The notes beneath the pieces are model-generated. The model ran no database searches. It worked only from the letters and a program-made list of their open reading frames with translations, and was not told the origin of the DNA. From assembly GCF_964204645.1 (NCBI RefSeq), contig NC_134028.1, positions 9,982,001-10,046,000 on the forward strand: a stretch of 64,000 bases of DNA. The letters run 5' to 3'. The stretch is from Tubulanus polymorphus (Eukaryota; Animalia; Nemertea). The translations under genes were made by a program, and so were the position numbers. How positions within the stretch are numbered: the stretch's first letter is position 1; every line of letters starts with the position of its first letter. This document shows, one piece after another, positions 46,965 through 57,861 of the stretch.

Positions 46965-48591
46965 ATGGATGTAGAAGGTTGCGAAGATATTCCAATGGAT
47001 CCTTTAGATGAACCTGGTATAAGTGATGAACAACCACCTGATTTTGATGAAACAAGTTTTAGTAATGATAATAAAACAGAATATAATACTAATTTAGGTG
47101 AAGATGATGATTATGATGATGAAACGCGTAAAGAATTTAAAGAATATATGACAGCTACCGAAAGGATAGTTATTTGAACCGCAACATCTAGAAAGGATTT
47201 AATGAAAAGATTAGTAAATACAACTGATCCTCTTATGAAATCTCAATTAAAATTAATGAAAAATAGAGTAATATATACAATTGTTAACGTATTATTACCA
47301 AAAGATGTAATAGATGAAATTGGTTCAGAAGGTGTTGTAGAACAAATTTTAAAAGATGACCCATTTTTCATGAATAATTTAGAATTTAAAAATGATTCAT
47401 GGTATTATAATCTTGAATTAAATAGGAATACTGTATCAATTCAATTATCTAGAATGGGTCAAGAAAATATTTTTGAACCTGGAATGCGAGCATTATCTAC
47501 AATTGAACGTTCAAAAGGTGGTAGAGAATTTCTCAGAATTATATGGAATGCAATCGATAGAATAAATGAAGAAGAACCAATTCCTAGAATTGATATTAAC
47601 AAATATTCACCATTTAAAAATCCAAATTTAAATCCTAATGATGTTGATCCAGAAATGGAAGATCATAGAGATCGATTAGATAAATTAAGATCTTCAACGC
47701 CCGAAACATCGAGAAGAGACACTCAGCCAATTGATAATGATTCAAGTCAATTACAATTAGTATTAGAAAAACAAATTGATAGATTAAGAGATTCAGAAGA
47801 AGAGATGAATAGTACTGGAATAAATCGAATACAATCTTTACTAGAAAAAGGATTACTTGATTTAACTGATGATGAATTAGAAGCATTTCCTGAACAAACA
47901 CGTAGAGAAATTAAAGGTATGCAAGAATCATCTGGTGAAATTGCTAATATAAAGATGAGATTTTCTAAAATAACCATGTTAGAAAAAGAATTAACTAATG
48001 CAAATGAAGAATTAAAACAATTAGAATTAAATAGAGATCTTCAATTAATCGAGGAAGCTGATTATGAAAGCAGAAAGTTAGCTTTAGAAAAAGAAATAGA
48101 TGATTTAAAATATAACAAAGAATTACAGGAAAAAGAAAGAGATACATTATTAAAATCATATGATCTTAATCATATTAAAAAATTAAAAGTTATTTTTAAA
48201 GTTATTACTTAAATTAGAAGGAATAACAATTCTTTCAATTCTAACAGCTGTAACTATGTTATTTACAACAATTGGTTTAGCAATATCAAATGCTTTAAAA
48301 TCTACTCCTACTCCAAATAAACCGGATAAACCCCCGAATGATAATAATTCTATACAAGATAAAGTTAAAGATGGTTTAAAGAAATTAGCAAAATATTTAT
48401 GGGAACTATCTAAAAAATCTGCTGCAGCATTGCCAGGAATTATTGCATCAATTGTTGGTTTTATATTGAAATCTGCAGGAAACATTATTAACTTTGCTGC
48501 TGAACATATTATTTTATTTTTAATTACAGTTGTAAGTGCAATTATTTTTGGGTTAGTAAATATGATATCAAAAAATATCAAGCAAACATGA
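46965..48591 (+). pseudogene. Large coiled-coil/TM protein homologue (copy C, divergent N-terminal two thirds)
   Basis: C-terminal TM region is nearly identical to 74-469; N-terminus MDVEG.EDI...DEPGI is shared with copy A. Confidence 0.8.
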
Positions 48592-48625
48592 TAAAAAATA
48601 AATAATTAATTTTTTTGTTAAATAA

Positions 48626-49858
48626 ATGAGTGGGAGTTATATCAATCCTTCTAAGAATCATAGAATATCTAATGCTATTAAAGCAGAAAGATCACATCAT
48701 ATAATTACTCATAACCCTTCTAATATTAATCCCGATGAAACTTTATATGTTAGAATCCCTCGATTTACACAAAATACTTTTTATGTTCCAAATAGTATTT
48801 ATTTATCAGCCGATATAAAAGTAATCGGTAATAATAATAATTATGTTGTTGATAATGTTGGAAGATATTTGATTAAAAAGTTAACAATAAAGATTGGTCC
48901 AGAAACAGTTTTCTCATTCGATGATTATAATTTATTTATGCATTATAAAGATTTATGGTTAACTAAAGAAAATAGAAATAATATGATATTTCAAGGAATC
49001 CAATCAGAAAACCAAAATAAATTAAGATCAGAAGCACATAATGCAATATTAACTAATTCTGTAGATAAATTGATAAAAAGTATATATGGACGCAAATATA
49101 AAATTCCATTAGACTTTGAATTGATAAATATTAATGCGCCTTTATATAAATACGCAATTCAAGAAGACGTTATATTCGAAATAACATTTGCTCCTGTTAA
49201 TGAAATTGTAATAGCTAGCGTTAATAAAGATATGAGTTATAAATTATCGAATATATGTTTAGAATATGATACAGTAACTGATGAAAATATTTCAAGTATA
49301 ATTCAAACTAAATACAATCAAGGATTTTCATTATTATATGATTATATTGATAAATTTAAAACTGTAACTATTGATGCAAATGATGAAATAATTAATGAGA
49401 ATATTAACTTCCCAAGAAGATCTATTAAAGGTATATTAATATTTTTTACCATTGCAACATTTACTAATGGTGCAATAAATGTTGATAATTATTATAATCC
49501 TGAAATAACAAAAGTAGAAATAACTATCGAAGGAATAGCAAATAAAATATTTTGTCAAGGAATGAGAATGATTGATCAATGGCCAGAAATTAGAAAACAT
49601 TTTATGAATGAAAAAGTGAAATCATCTGAAAATTGTAATATTAATCAAATTGATTATTATACCGGCAATAAATATGCATTATGGTTAGATTTTAGAACAA
49701 CAGAGGATAATTCATTACATGGTTCTGGGAAAAAACTACAGAACACTAAAGATGGAATACAATTATTCATGACAAAGAATAAAGGAATCAAAAATTTTAA
49801 AATGCATATCTATATTATATCTGACGCACAATTAAATATTGTAAATTCTCTCTTGTAA
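48626..49858 (+). CDS. Major capsid protein (copy C), open frame with the last ~7 residues replaced
   Basis: 410 aa, homologue of 25230-26477; ends NIVNSLL instead of NIVNSQLDSIQY. Confidence 0.8.
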   Translation: MSGSYINPSKNHRISNAIKAERSHHIITHNPSNINPDETLYVRIPRFTQNTFYVPNSIYLSADIKVIGNNNNYVVDNVGRYLIKKLTIKIGPETVFSFDDYNLFMHYKDLWLTKENRNNMIFQGIQSENQNKLRSEAHNAILTNSVDKLIKSIYGRKYKIPLDFELININAPLYKYAIQEDVIFEITFAPVNEIVIASVNKDMSYKLSNICLEYDTVTDENISSIIQTKYNQGFSLLYDYIDKFKTVTIDANDEIINENINFPRRSIKGILIFFTIATFTNGAINVDNYYNPEITKVEITIEGIANKIFCQGMRMIDQWPEIRKHFMNEKVKSSENCNINQIDYYTGNKYALWLDFRTTEDNSLHGSGKKLQNTKDGIQLFMTKNKGIKNFKMHIYIISDAQLNIVNSLL

Positions 49859-49907
49859 ATAGTGTTATGTATTAAAATTTTAACTTTAATAAAAATTTAT
49901 ATAATAA

Positions 49908-50707
49908 ATGGAAGGAGGTAAAGTATATAAACATATTCCATACATCGATACACATGAAAATAATGATGGTTTATATTATGTAATACCTTGTAATATAGCT
50001 TTGATATTTGATCCTATTTTCAAAATTTATAAAACTAAACTAATAGAAATCGATAATAATAAAAGTGGTGTTGTTGATAATTTAATGTAATTGATAATAA
50101 TGTAATACCTTCTACATCTAATAATGTAATACCTACTACATCTAATAATGTAATACCTTCTACATCTAATAATGAAATAATATTAAATGTTAGTGAAAAT
50201 AGAAATTATTGTGGATATTGTAAAAGTGAATTTTCAAACGCTACATCAAATTGGAATAAACATATGAATACAAGGGTACATATAAATAATGTTATAGAAC
50301 GTGTTGGTTTAAAAGAATTTATAGAACACCCATTTAGATATGTTACAAAGTTTGTTTCAAATCAAAAAATAAATGGTGAAAAAATATATGAAGATTTATT
50401 ATTAGCAACACCTAATAAAGATGAATTAGATCTAACCGATGCTAATGAAATATTAGGATCAAACACTGTAAATGAAATATTAGGAGCAAACACTAATAAA
50501 GATTCTATGAAACATAAAGTAGAAAATAATGATAAATTTGATTGGATGAATAAGCATAACAATGAAACAACTATTGATGATGCGGTAAAAAAGGTGAAAA
50601 ATAAGTATAAAAATAATAGAGAATTTGAAGAAGAAAATTCGGTGGAGAATTTGAATAAATTGTTAGGGTCTGATAGTGAATTGGAGAGTGATGATGAAAT
50701 TGATTAA
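49908..50707 (+). pseudogene. Zinc-finger protein with 24-bp tandem repeats, frameshifted
   Basis: TAAATG start; NNVIPSTS-type repeats (50096-50170); YCGYCKSEFSNATSNWNKHMNTRVH finger; acidic tail. Confidence 0.55.
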
Positions 50708-50737
50708 GATATTAATTATATTTAACTCAAATAATAA

Positions 50738-51065
50738 TATTAGTTGAAAATTGTATAAAATAATAGTAAATAAAAAAGGGGGTTTTAAGTATTTAAGGTA
50801 TCTAATAGGGTATCTAATACATATCTAATACATATCTAATACATATTATTTGAAAATACCTTAAATTATATTTCTTTTTTAAATTTATATTGAAACATCA
50901 GTAATAATAAATAACCTTTATTATTTTCAAACTTATTCATATATTAGTTGAAAAAATAAAAATAAATTAGTTGAAAATTGTATAAATAATATTTATTTTA
51001 AAAAAGGGGGTTTTAAGTATTTAAGGTATCTAATTTGGTATCAGGTATTAGGGTATCTAATACAT
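50738..51065. repeat. Duplicated intergenic block with tatctaata microrepeats
   Basis: ttagttgaaaattgtataaa...aaaaaagggggttttaagtatttaaggtatctaat occurs at ~50740 and ~50967. Confidence 0.75.
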
Positions 51066-51079
51066 AGGTATACAAATAG

Positions 51080-51691
51080 TTATTTTATAAATTTATATTC
51101 ATAGGGAAATTGTAATCTCAGTAATAATTTTGAACTTTTATTATTCTTTAATTTATTCATATATTCATCATGTAATTCAGTAGGTATAATTTGATTTTCT
51201 TCCAATGATTGTTGCATAGATTTTTTATCTTTGTTATAAAATAAAACTAGAAATCTTATATTCTCCCTAAAGTCTTTAACAATTGAATTATATTTTTGAT
51301 TTAAAACCCATGTTGTTATCCCAAAATGTCCTCCAGAGAAAGCTAGATAACATAACTCCCTTTCTCTAACTTTTGAATCATGTAGATTAGCACAATCATC
51401 TATGATAAATAATGTATTTGATCCTTTATAAGTATCAATTGCTATTTTTATACAATTATCTAAATTTTCTTTTACTGTTTTAGGATTTAATATAATAACC
51501 TTTTTCATCTTAACTATATCTCTATTATATGTTTTATTCATTTCATAAGTAGGACAAAATAATATTATATTATCAAAATGATTCTTATAAATAGTTTCTA
51601 ACAAATCTAATATGAAATGTGTTTTACCACAATTGGTTACACCAGTAACTAACATATTATGCGGTTCGAATATAAATAAATCTTTATTCAT
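51080..51691 (-). CDS. Packaging ATPase (module D; arginine finger mutated GRH>GGH)
   Basis: GVTNCGKT, LFIIDD; homologue of 27636-28244. Confidence 0.92.
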   Translation of the reverse strand: MNKDLFIFEPHNMLVTGVTNCGKTHFILDLLETIYKNHFDNIILFCPTYEMNKTYNRDIVKMKKVIILNPKTVKENLDNCIKIAIDTYKGSNTLFIIDDCANLHDSKVRERELCYLAFSGGHFGITTWVLNQKYNSIVKDFRENIRFLVLFYNKDKKSMQQSLEENQIIPTELHDEYMNKLKNNKSSKLLLRLQFPYEYKFIK

Positions 51692-52776
51692 TTATTCTTT
51701 TAATTTTACTAGATAAAATCCATTCACTAAATTTATCATCATATCCTTTATATTTCACCAAAGAATACTTTTTTCCTTTAAGAGTTTTTGTTTTCAATAC
51801 TTTTTCTATTTTGTATTCTATTTCTTCTGGATTTGGTACAAATGATAATTCTTGTTCATAAAAATAACCTAATATTTCTTCATCTTTTAGATCTTCTAGT
51901 TTATAAACAAATGGTTTAGTTAATATTATCTTTTTAATCTTGAATAATTCTTCAGTAAAATTAGGGGTATAACCTTTATAAAATGTTTTTCGATATTTAG
52001 ATATTCTAACGTGTTGTCGTATTTTAAATTTAGGTTCTCCGAAATCATGTGTGACAAATGCGCCATATAAATTATTCCAAACTATTTCTGAATTATCTTC
52101 TTTTCTAGCTTGTATAGGTTTCATATTTATAGAACTATGTTTAGAATTATTATAACCTTTCACTAAATCATCTAACACATCGATATATTTATATGTTTCA
52201 TTAGCAGTAAAATATTTCCACATTCTAGTTTTCAATGTTTTATTAAACCTTTCTATAATAGATGCTTTTTTTATCTGAATGTGTTGAAAAATAATCTACA
52301 TCGTTATCAGATAATAGTTTTTTGAAATGTTTGTTATAAAATTCCTTACCTTCATAAAATTGTATCTTATCTGGAATAGCTTCTTTAAATATTTTCTTAA
52401 AAGCATTTGTAACTTCTATTCCAGTTTTATTTTTGATTGGAATTGACCATGCGTATCTACTGAATATGTCTATAACATTCAGTATCCAGAAATATCCTTT
52501 GTTGTATTCCTCTAAGTTCTTCATGTCAATTAAATCAGCTTGCCGTTGTTGATCAATATATGAAACCATAACTTTTCTTGTTAAATAAGTTTTATCCATT
52601 TTCTTATGGATTTGGTATGTTGGTTGATTTTGTAACCATAATCTTAGTTCACTATATTTTATATCACCATTTTCATTATCAGATTTAATTTCATTCCATA
52701 ATTCTGAAACGTTAGAATATGATACTTCACTCTCTGGGTTATGATACAACTCTCTTAAAAATTGTTCTTTTTTCAT
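51684..52776 (-). pseudogene. int: rve integrase with chromodomain (module D, frameshifted)
   Basis: QQRQADLIDM, IDIFSRYAW, IQFYEGKEF, IERFNKT, YNNSKHSSINMKP, chromodomain. Confidence 0.92.
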
Positions 52777-52782
52777 CTTCTT

Positions 52783-53142
52783 TTAATCCATTAATAATAA
52801 TTTAGATTTAGTTATAATGACTTTATGATTTGACTTATTTTCTGGTATGATAGGTTTATTGTCATTGGAATCATCTTTATCATCAGATTTGAATTTTGAT
52901 TTATATATTACACCGGATAATATAATAACTGTTACTAATCCAATTGTAATATATAATTTATAATTACTTCCAGCATTACAAGAATTAGATGGATTATTAT
53001 TTGAATCAATATCAGGTGATTCATTTATATCAGTTAATTTCTTTTTCTTAGCTTTTTTTAATTCTGAAGATCTTTTACCTAATTCTCTTGCCCATTTAAT
53101 TTGTTTTTCAGATCTAGCCTTTTTCTTAACGCTATCACTCAT
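52783..53142 (-). CDS. 119-aa basic single-TM protein
   Basis: KKARSEKQIKWARELG; homologue of 29091-29459. Confidence 0.75.
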   Translation of the reverse strand: MSDSVKKKARSEKQIKWARELGKRSSELKKAKKKKLTDINESPDIDSNNNPSNSCNAGSNYKLYITIGLVTVIILSGVIYKSKFKSDDKDDSNDNKPIIPENKSNHKVIITKSKLLLMD

Positions 53143-53737
53143 TTATTTTAGTTAATTTTTGTTCTGATTCATTTTCTGTTTCGCCGTTTGGTTGTAGTAC
53201 ATCTGTTTCGTTCTTACCTGATTTATATTCCATAGGCTTGATGTTCGAAAATGTTATGACGCCAGTAGAAATTAATGTCATAACCGATCCTAATTGAAAT
53301 GAAGCATATCCAACCCATTTTTGTAATTCAGTCATAACTAAATAGTCATTTTTCAAATCACTATATAATTTATTTTCATCATCAATTGGTATTAACTGGT
53401 TACATAACTTAGAATAACATTTGACAATACCATCTGAAATAGAATCATTTATTCGGGCTAATCTAGCTTCTTCATAAATCTTAAAATATTTTATTACTTT
53501 ATCTGGTTTCATAGCATCTAATTCTTGAAAAGTAATAATTCTATTTAAAAACTCTTTAGTTTTTCCACCGGCAATCAATAGTTCTAGATGATGCTTACAA
53601 TATAAATAGTATTCATAATCTATATTACAATTAACTTGAGCACAATTAGTTACAACTGTATCTTTATTATCACTTATACCTAAATCATCTAATGTTTTTT
53701 CAATATCAATACTATTGCTATTAGATTTCTTTGACAT
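53135..53737 (-). CDS. 200-aa conserved element protein
   Basis: YEYYLYCKH, ARINDSIS, LYSDLKNDYLVMTEL; homologue of 28549-29158. Confidence 0.78.
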   Translation of the reverse strand: MSKKSNSNSIDIEKTLDDLGISDNKDTVVTNCAQVNCNIDYEYYLYCKHHLELLIAGGKTKEFLNRIITFQELDAMKPDKVIKYFKIYEEARLARINDSISDGIVKCYSKLCNQLIPIDDENKLYSDLKNDYLVMTELQKWVGYASFQLGSVMTLISTGVITFSNIKPMEYKSGKNETDVLQPNGETENESEQKLTKINE

Positions 53738-53992
53738 TTATATTAGAGAAAAAAGCGAAAAAAAATATAAGTATTATAAAATGATACCAGTATCTCTTTA
53801 GATTAATACTAGCTTAGTTAAAGGTAAAGAATTTTAGTATTAGTTATTGTTTTTTTAGTATTTTTTATTTGTGATATAAAGTATTCTCTTTTGAAAAGAA
53901 TTGTAAAAGAAAATATCAAAAATTAAAATAGAAATAATGGCTAGTTGAAGGTATGTAATTTTTATTATATTTTATTTGAGATATATTAATCT

Positions 53993-54775
53993 TTAACCAC
54001 TCAATAAAGATTCAACATATTGTTCATTATTTGGATTATTGTTCCATAATTCAATGAATTTCTTTACTTTTGTTAACTGTTCTAAATATAACTGTAAATC
54101 TGGTTTGTCACCTTTAATCATATTTTCCTTCTTTTCAAGATGTCTCAGGTTTTTCCAATTCCAAATTAACTTTTTATCATATTCATCATTCATGTCAAAT
54201 TTAGATATTGGTAACACATGATCAATATGAAAATAATTGCCATAATTATTTATATTCATTTTATCATCGAATTGATATATTATCCATGATTTAAAAAATT
54301 TATCTGAACAATCCAATAAATGTGCTAGTGTAACTGAGTGGTTTTCTTTACTGAATAATTTTGATACTTTAGATCTTAAACATTTTTTCAATTTGTAATT
54401 AAAATCTGTTTGATATCTTTCTTTCTTATAATTATTTTGATACGCATTATAATATTCTCTATTATTATCCCTCCATTCTCTCATATATTCTGTTATATAA
54501 TCTGAGTGATTTTCTCTCCATTGTTTATTTCTAACTTTGAATTTTTCAATATTATCCATATAATATTGTGTTGAATAATTTGAATTATTTTCAAGAAATT
54601 TGTTATTGTATAGTTTAGTACAGCTTTTGCAATATTTTTGTTTGCCATCTTTTTTAGTTTTATTTTTTTGAAATTCTGTTAATGATTTATTCAATTCACA
54701 CTCATTACATTTCTTATAGCATATATTTATTACACCATTATTGTTTATATTTATAGCTTGTGATTGTTCCTCCAT
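53993..54775 (-). CDS. Free-standing HNH endonuclease with N-terminal CxxC..CxxC zinc module
   Basis: CNEC...EF...KDG...YCKSC; LRSKV; LLDCS...QF...M...NYG..FHIDHVLP...NWKNLRHL...ENMIKGDK. Confidence 0.85.
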   Translation of the reverse strand: MEEQSQAININNNGVINICYKKCNECELNKSLTEFQKNKTKKDGKQKYCKSCTKLYNNKFLENNSNYSTQYYMDNIEKFKVRNKQWRENHSDYITEYMREWRDNNREYYNAYQNNYKKERYQTDFNYKLKKCLRSKVSKLFSKENHSVTLAHLLDCSDKFFKSWIIYQFDDKMNINNYGNYFHIDHVLPISKFDMNDEYDKKLIWNWKNLRHLEKKENMIKGDKPDLQLYLEQLTKVKKFIELWNNNPNNEQYVESLLSG

Positions 54776-54803
54776 TTATAATATATATTTTTATTAAAAT
54801 TGA

Positions 54804-55128
54804 TTAACATTTTAGAATCCTCTTCCATTTCTTCGACTAACGTCATCCTTTTTCATTCCTTAAAATATCATTATTCATATTTCTAATATGACTTTTAGAT
54901 TTTAAATGTTCTTTATAATATCTTTTATCGCTGAATGATTGGTTACATGTATCACATTTATATGTTTCTTTTTCATTCTTTAATTCATCTAATTTAGCTT
55001 CTAATATATCATTTCTATACTAATTTCAATTTATTCTCTAAATGTTTTTTAGGTTTATTGTGTCTTGCTTTTTGGGATTTATCTATATTGATATTACATG
55101 TTGAACAGTAGTACTTATTTGCTTCCAT
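54804..55128 (-). pseudogene. Small two-zinc-finger protein, disrupted
   Basis: Manual translation MEANKYYCSTCNINIDKSQKARHNKPKKH and YKCDTCNQSFSDKRYYKEHLKSKSH. Confidence 0.55.
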
Positions 55129-55394
55129 TTTAATACTAATTTTTTTTTTTAAATTGATCTTAGAAGTTCAATGATTTATATCATGTATTATTTCAATCAC
55201 ACTTTACTAACACTTTTAATGTTTAAAAATCTAATCTAACTCATACAAATATGAATATTGAAATAATGTTTAAAATATATCTATATCTCTATTCTATAAG
55301 AGCTTACACTTTTATATTGAATAATCTGTCAATTTAAATGTTATTCATTTACATGATTATTTTAAGAGTAATAGGGGTAATAGGCTTTCAGGTT

Positions 55395-55526
55395 AAAGGT
55401 TGAAGGGGCGAGTGAGTAAAAAATGAAAATAACAATAATTTACAGTTGAATTAGGAGTGTGCGCGACTAATTCAACTGTAAATTATTGTTATTTTCATTT
55501 TTTACGAGCTCGACCCTTCGACCTTT
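55395..55526. repeat. Long palindrome / foldback
   Basis: Perfect 39-bp arms (55416-55454 and 55467-55505) with a 12-nt loop; imperfect extension aaaggttgaaggg/cccttcgaccttt. Confidence 0.9.
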
Positions 55527-55580
55527 GGTATGAATATATATAGGTATATATTCCTTCTCAACGAATACCCCGTATTTAGC

Positions 55581-56728
55581 CGGTGTTGTCATATCGCGGA
55601 AAGACGGAATCGCGGAATTTTCCAAAAACGCGGAATTTCTTCATTTTTACTTTAAATAGTAAACGGGTTTTCCCACGGGGATACCCACTGTCGGACAGGG
55701 CACCGGACCGATCGATGCAACGACTTAGGTTCGAATCCCATTATTTGCAGGCAGTTATGGAATTATTATATTACGATACCGTTGACTGGCTGCCACCTGT
55801 AGAAGAAGTCAGAATCAAGTGAGGTGAAAGAGACCAGGCACCTAATGTCTATTTCTATTAGGCAAACTTCGGTTATCGAAGTTCATCGACTTTTTGAGAA
55901 CTTCAGAAACGAATATTATCAGATAAATATTGAGCACGTTCGCGGTGTCGGACCGTAGTTGTTGATGGTTGCAAACATGAAATCCTACGACCAAACAAGT
56001 ACCGGTTCAAATTCCTTTGAAATTATTATAATTTTACGGCCGTCCAGTACCGGTACCAATAAGATTCTTTTGATCCAAATAATCAGCATAGGAACATATA
56101 TGTTATAGCAGTCACAAAGTAAACATTAAAAAAAACGAAACCATTTTATAATCTTTCATATCATTTAATTCTAAAAGATAAACCACATTATTTCGCTTAT
56201 AACAACAATGTAGACACACAACACGCATGAACAATCCTAAGCCAGAATGAAATATACATAATGTCTATTGATTTTCGTCTGACATCGATCCAGTTCCACA
56301 GTTGTGAGTTAACTATGAGTTACTTAGAATCAATTCATTTCCGATGTTTTAAATCCAGAGACCAGAGTCAAATCTTAACTCGGAAGTGAGTCCTGGAGAA
56401 TGACCCATGGTGTCATCACAAATCTTACGTTTACGTACCATCGATTTGTATTCCTTCAGTTAATGCAGCGATACTCTGTATCACTGAATTCGCAAAGCAC
56501 GTATTGCCTAGGTTCTCCATTATTTGGAACAGTATCGTTAAGTTGTTGACTGGCGATATGATAAATTATCAAATACTAATTCCCGGTGTTGAAAACCTGG
56601 GTCCGGTGCCCTGTCCGACAGTGGGTATCCCCGTGGGAAAACTCGTTTACTATCTATAGTAAAAATGAAGAAATTCCGCGTTTTTGGAAAATTCCGCGAT
56701 TCCGTCTTTCCGCGATATGACAACATCG
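55581..56728. mobile_element. Non-autonomous TIR element (MITE-like)
   Basis: 129-bp TIRs (55581-55709, 56600-56728) flanked by the direct repeat gtatttagc (55572-55580, 56729-56737). Confidence 0.88.
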
Positions 56729-56817
56729 GTATTTAGCGCCCCGTATAGGCCGAAAGTGAAAAATCCCAGAGTGGCAGACAAGTGTTACAAGTTGGCGGGA
56801 GTCTCACCGTATTATAA

Positions 56818-57073
56818 TTAGATCGCAAACCGCTGCTTGACATTGCGAATTGGAATTGCGAGGATCATTTATCCGTTAATTTTGCTGTATTATGATTAGA
56901 TCTCAGACCGCTGCTTGACATTGCGAATTGGAATTGCGAGGATCATTTATTCGTTAATTTTGCTGTATTATGATTGAATTTCAAACCGCTGCTTGGCATT
57001 GCGAATTCGAGTTGCGAGGATCATTTATTCGTTAACTTTGTTGTAATTTGGGTTAGATCTCAAACCGCTGCTT
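56818..57073. repeat. Tandem repeat, ~78-bp unit x3.3
   Basis: accgctgcttgacattgcgaattggaattgcgaggatcatttat repeated with few substitutions. Confidence 0.88.
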
Positions 57074-57861
57074 CAGATGGCGATTTCATTTTTTTAAAAT
57101 TTCATTTGTGCAATTTAAGACCTAGCTAGTTGTGGCTAGGTGGAGGAACTATTCCTATCATTTTAAAGTCGTTTAAGCTTTGTCAAAACCCTCAAAGCAG
57201 TTCTACAGTTGTGAGTTAAATTTTACCCAATGGCAATCGAACTCACAACAGTAAAACTGTTTGTTTTTTTATATTCAATAATAGTTTCTACTGGCGTGTT
57301 AGGTATAGGCCTAGACAATTGTACTGAAGCCAAATAAGTTGTTATTTCTTTCCGGTCAGTTGTAAAGTTGGGTTCTTTATGAATTATATTTTTGTATAGC
57401 TTTACTCAGTCCTGTTTACTCAGCTGCTTGAGATAATGTAAAACTATACAAAAATACAATTTATAAAGGACTCGACTCTATAAAGTTGACTCTCGACTCT
57501 TAAAGATTATGTGCTGCAGGCTTTGTTATTTTGAATAATTCAGTCTTAGGCCCAGTTTATACGTCGCACTTGGACAGGACGAGCTGAAATTTTCGTGTTA
57601 CGTCAAACTCAGCTCGTCTCTAGAGCGTCGTATTAATCAGTTCGGGTCGTCTTCTGTTGCCCCAGTTCGTCTCAGACGTACTACCCGTCTGAACCAGACG
57701 ATCCGACCGACCATAGCGCGTCGTCAAGTAATACGTCGTTCTACGGATGAACTTAGCCTGTGAAGTAAGTTCGAAATTCGTGGAACGCATGCGCACTACG
57801 CTACTTCTGAGCTCAAGGTTACGTGGAGACTCACTTGTCGGAGCTTTTCTTCACATTGAAA

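Larger units (their letters stand above)
30464..49850 (+). mobile_element. Polinton-like copy C (5'-truncated, interrupted by 30938-40729, MCP end clipped)
   Basis: pPolB resumes mid-gene directly after the copy B TIR; the downstream penton-to-MCP block is colinear with A and B. Confidence 0.9.

Noticed and set aside
55583-56726. Two similar ORFs MLSYRGKTESRNF on opposite strands
   Set aside because: They are translations of the two TIRs of a MITE.
56818-57073. 78-bp repeats as CRISPR or tRNA array
   Set aside because: Whole units repeat with no unique spacers and no cloverleaf; this is an ordinary minisatellite.
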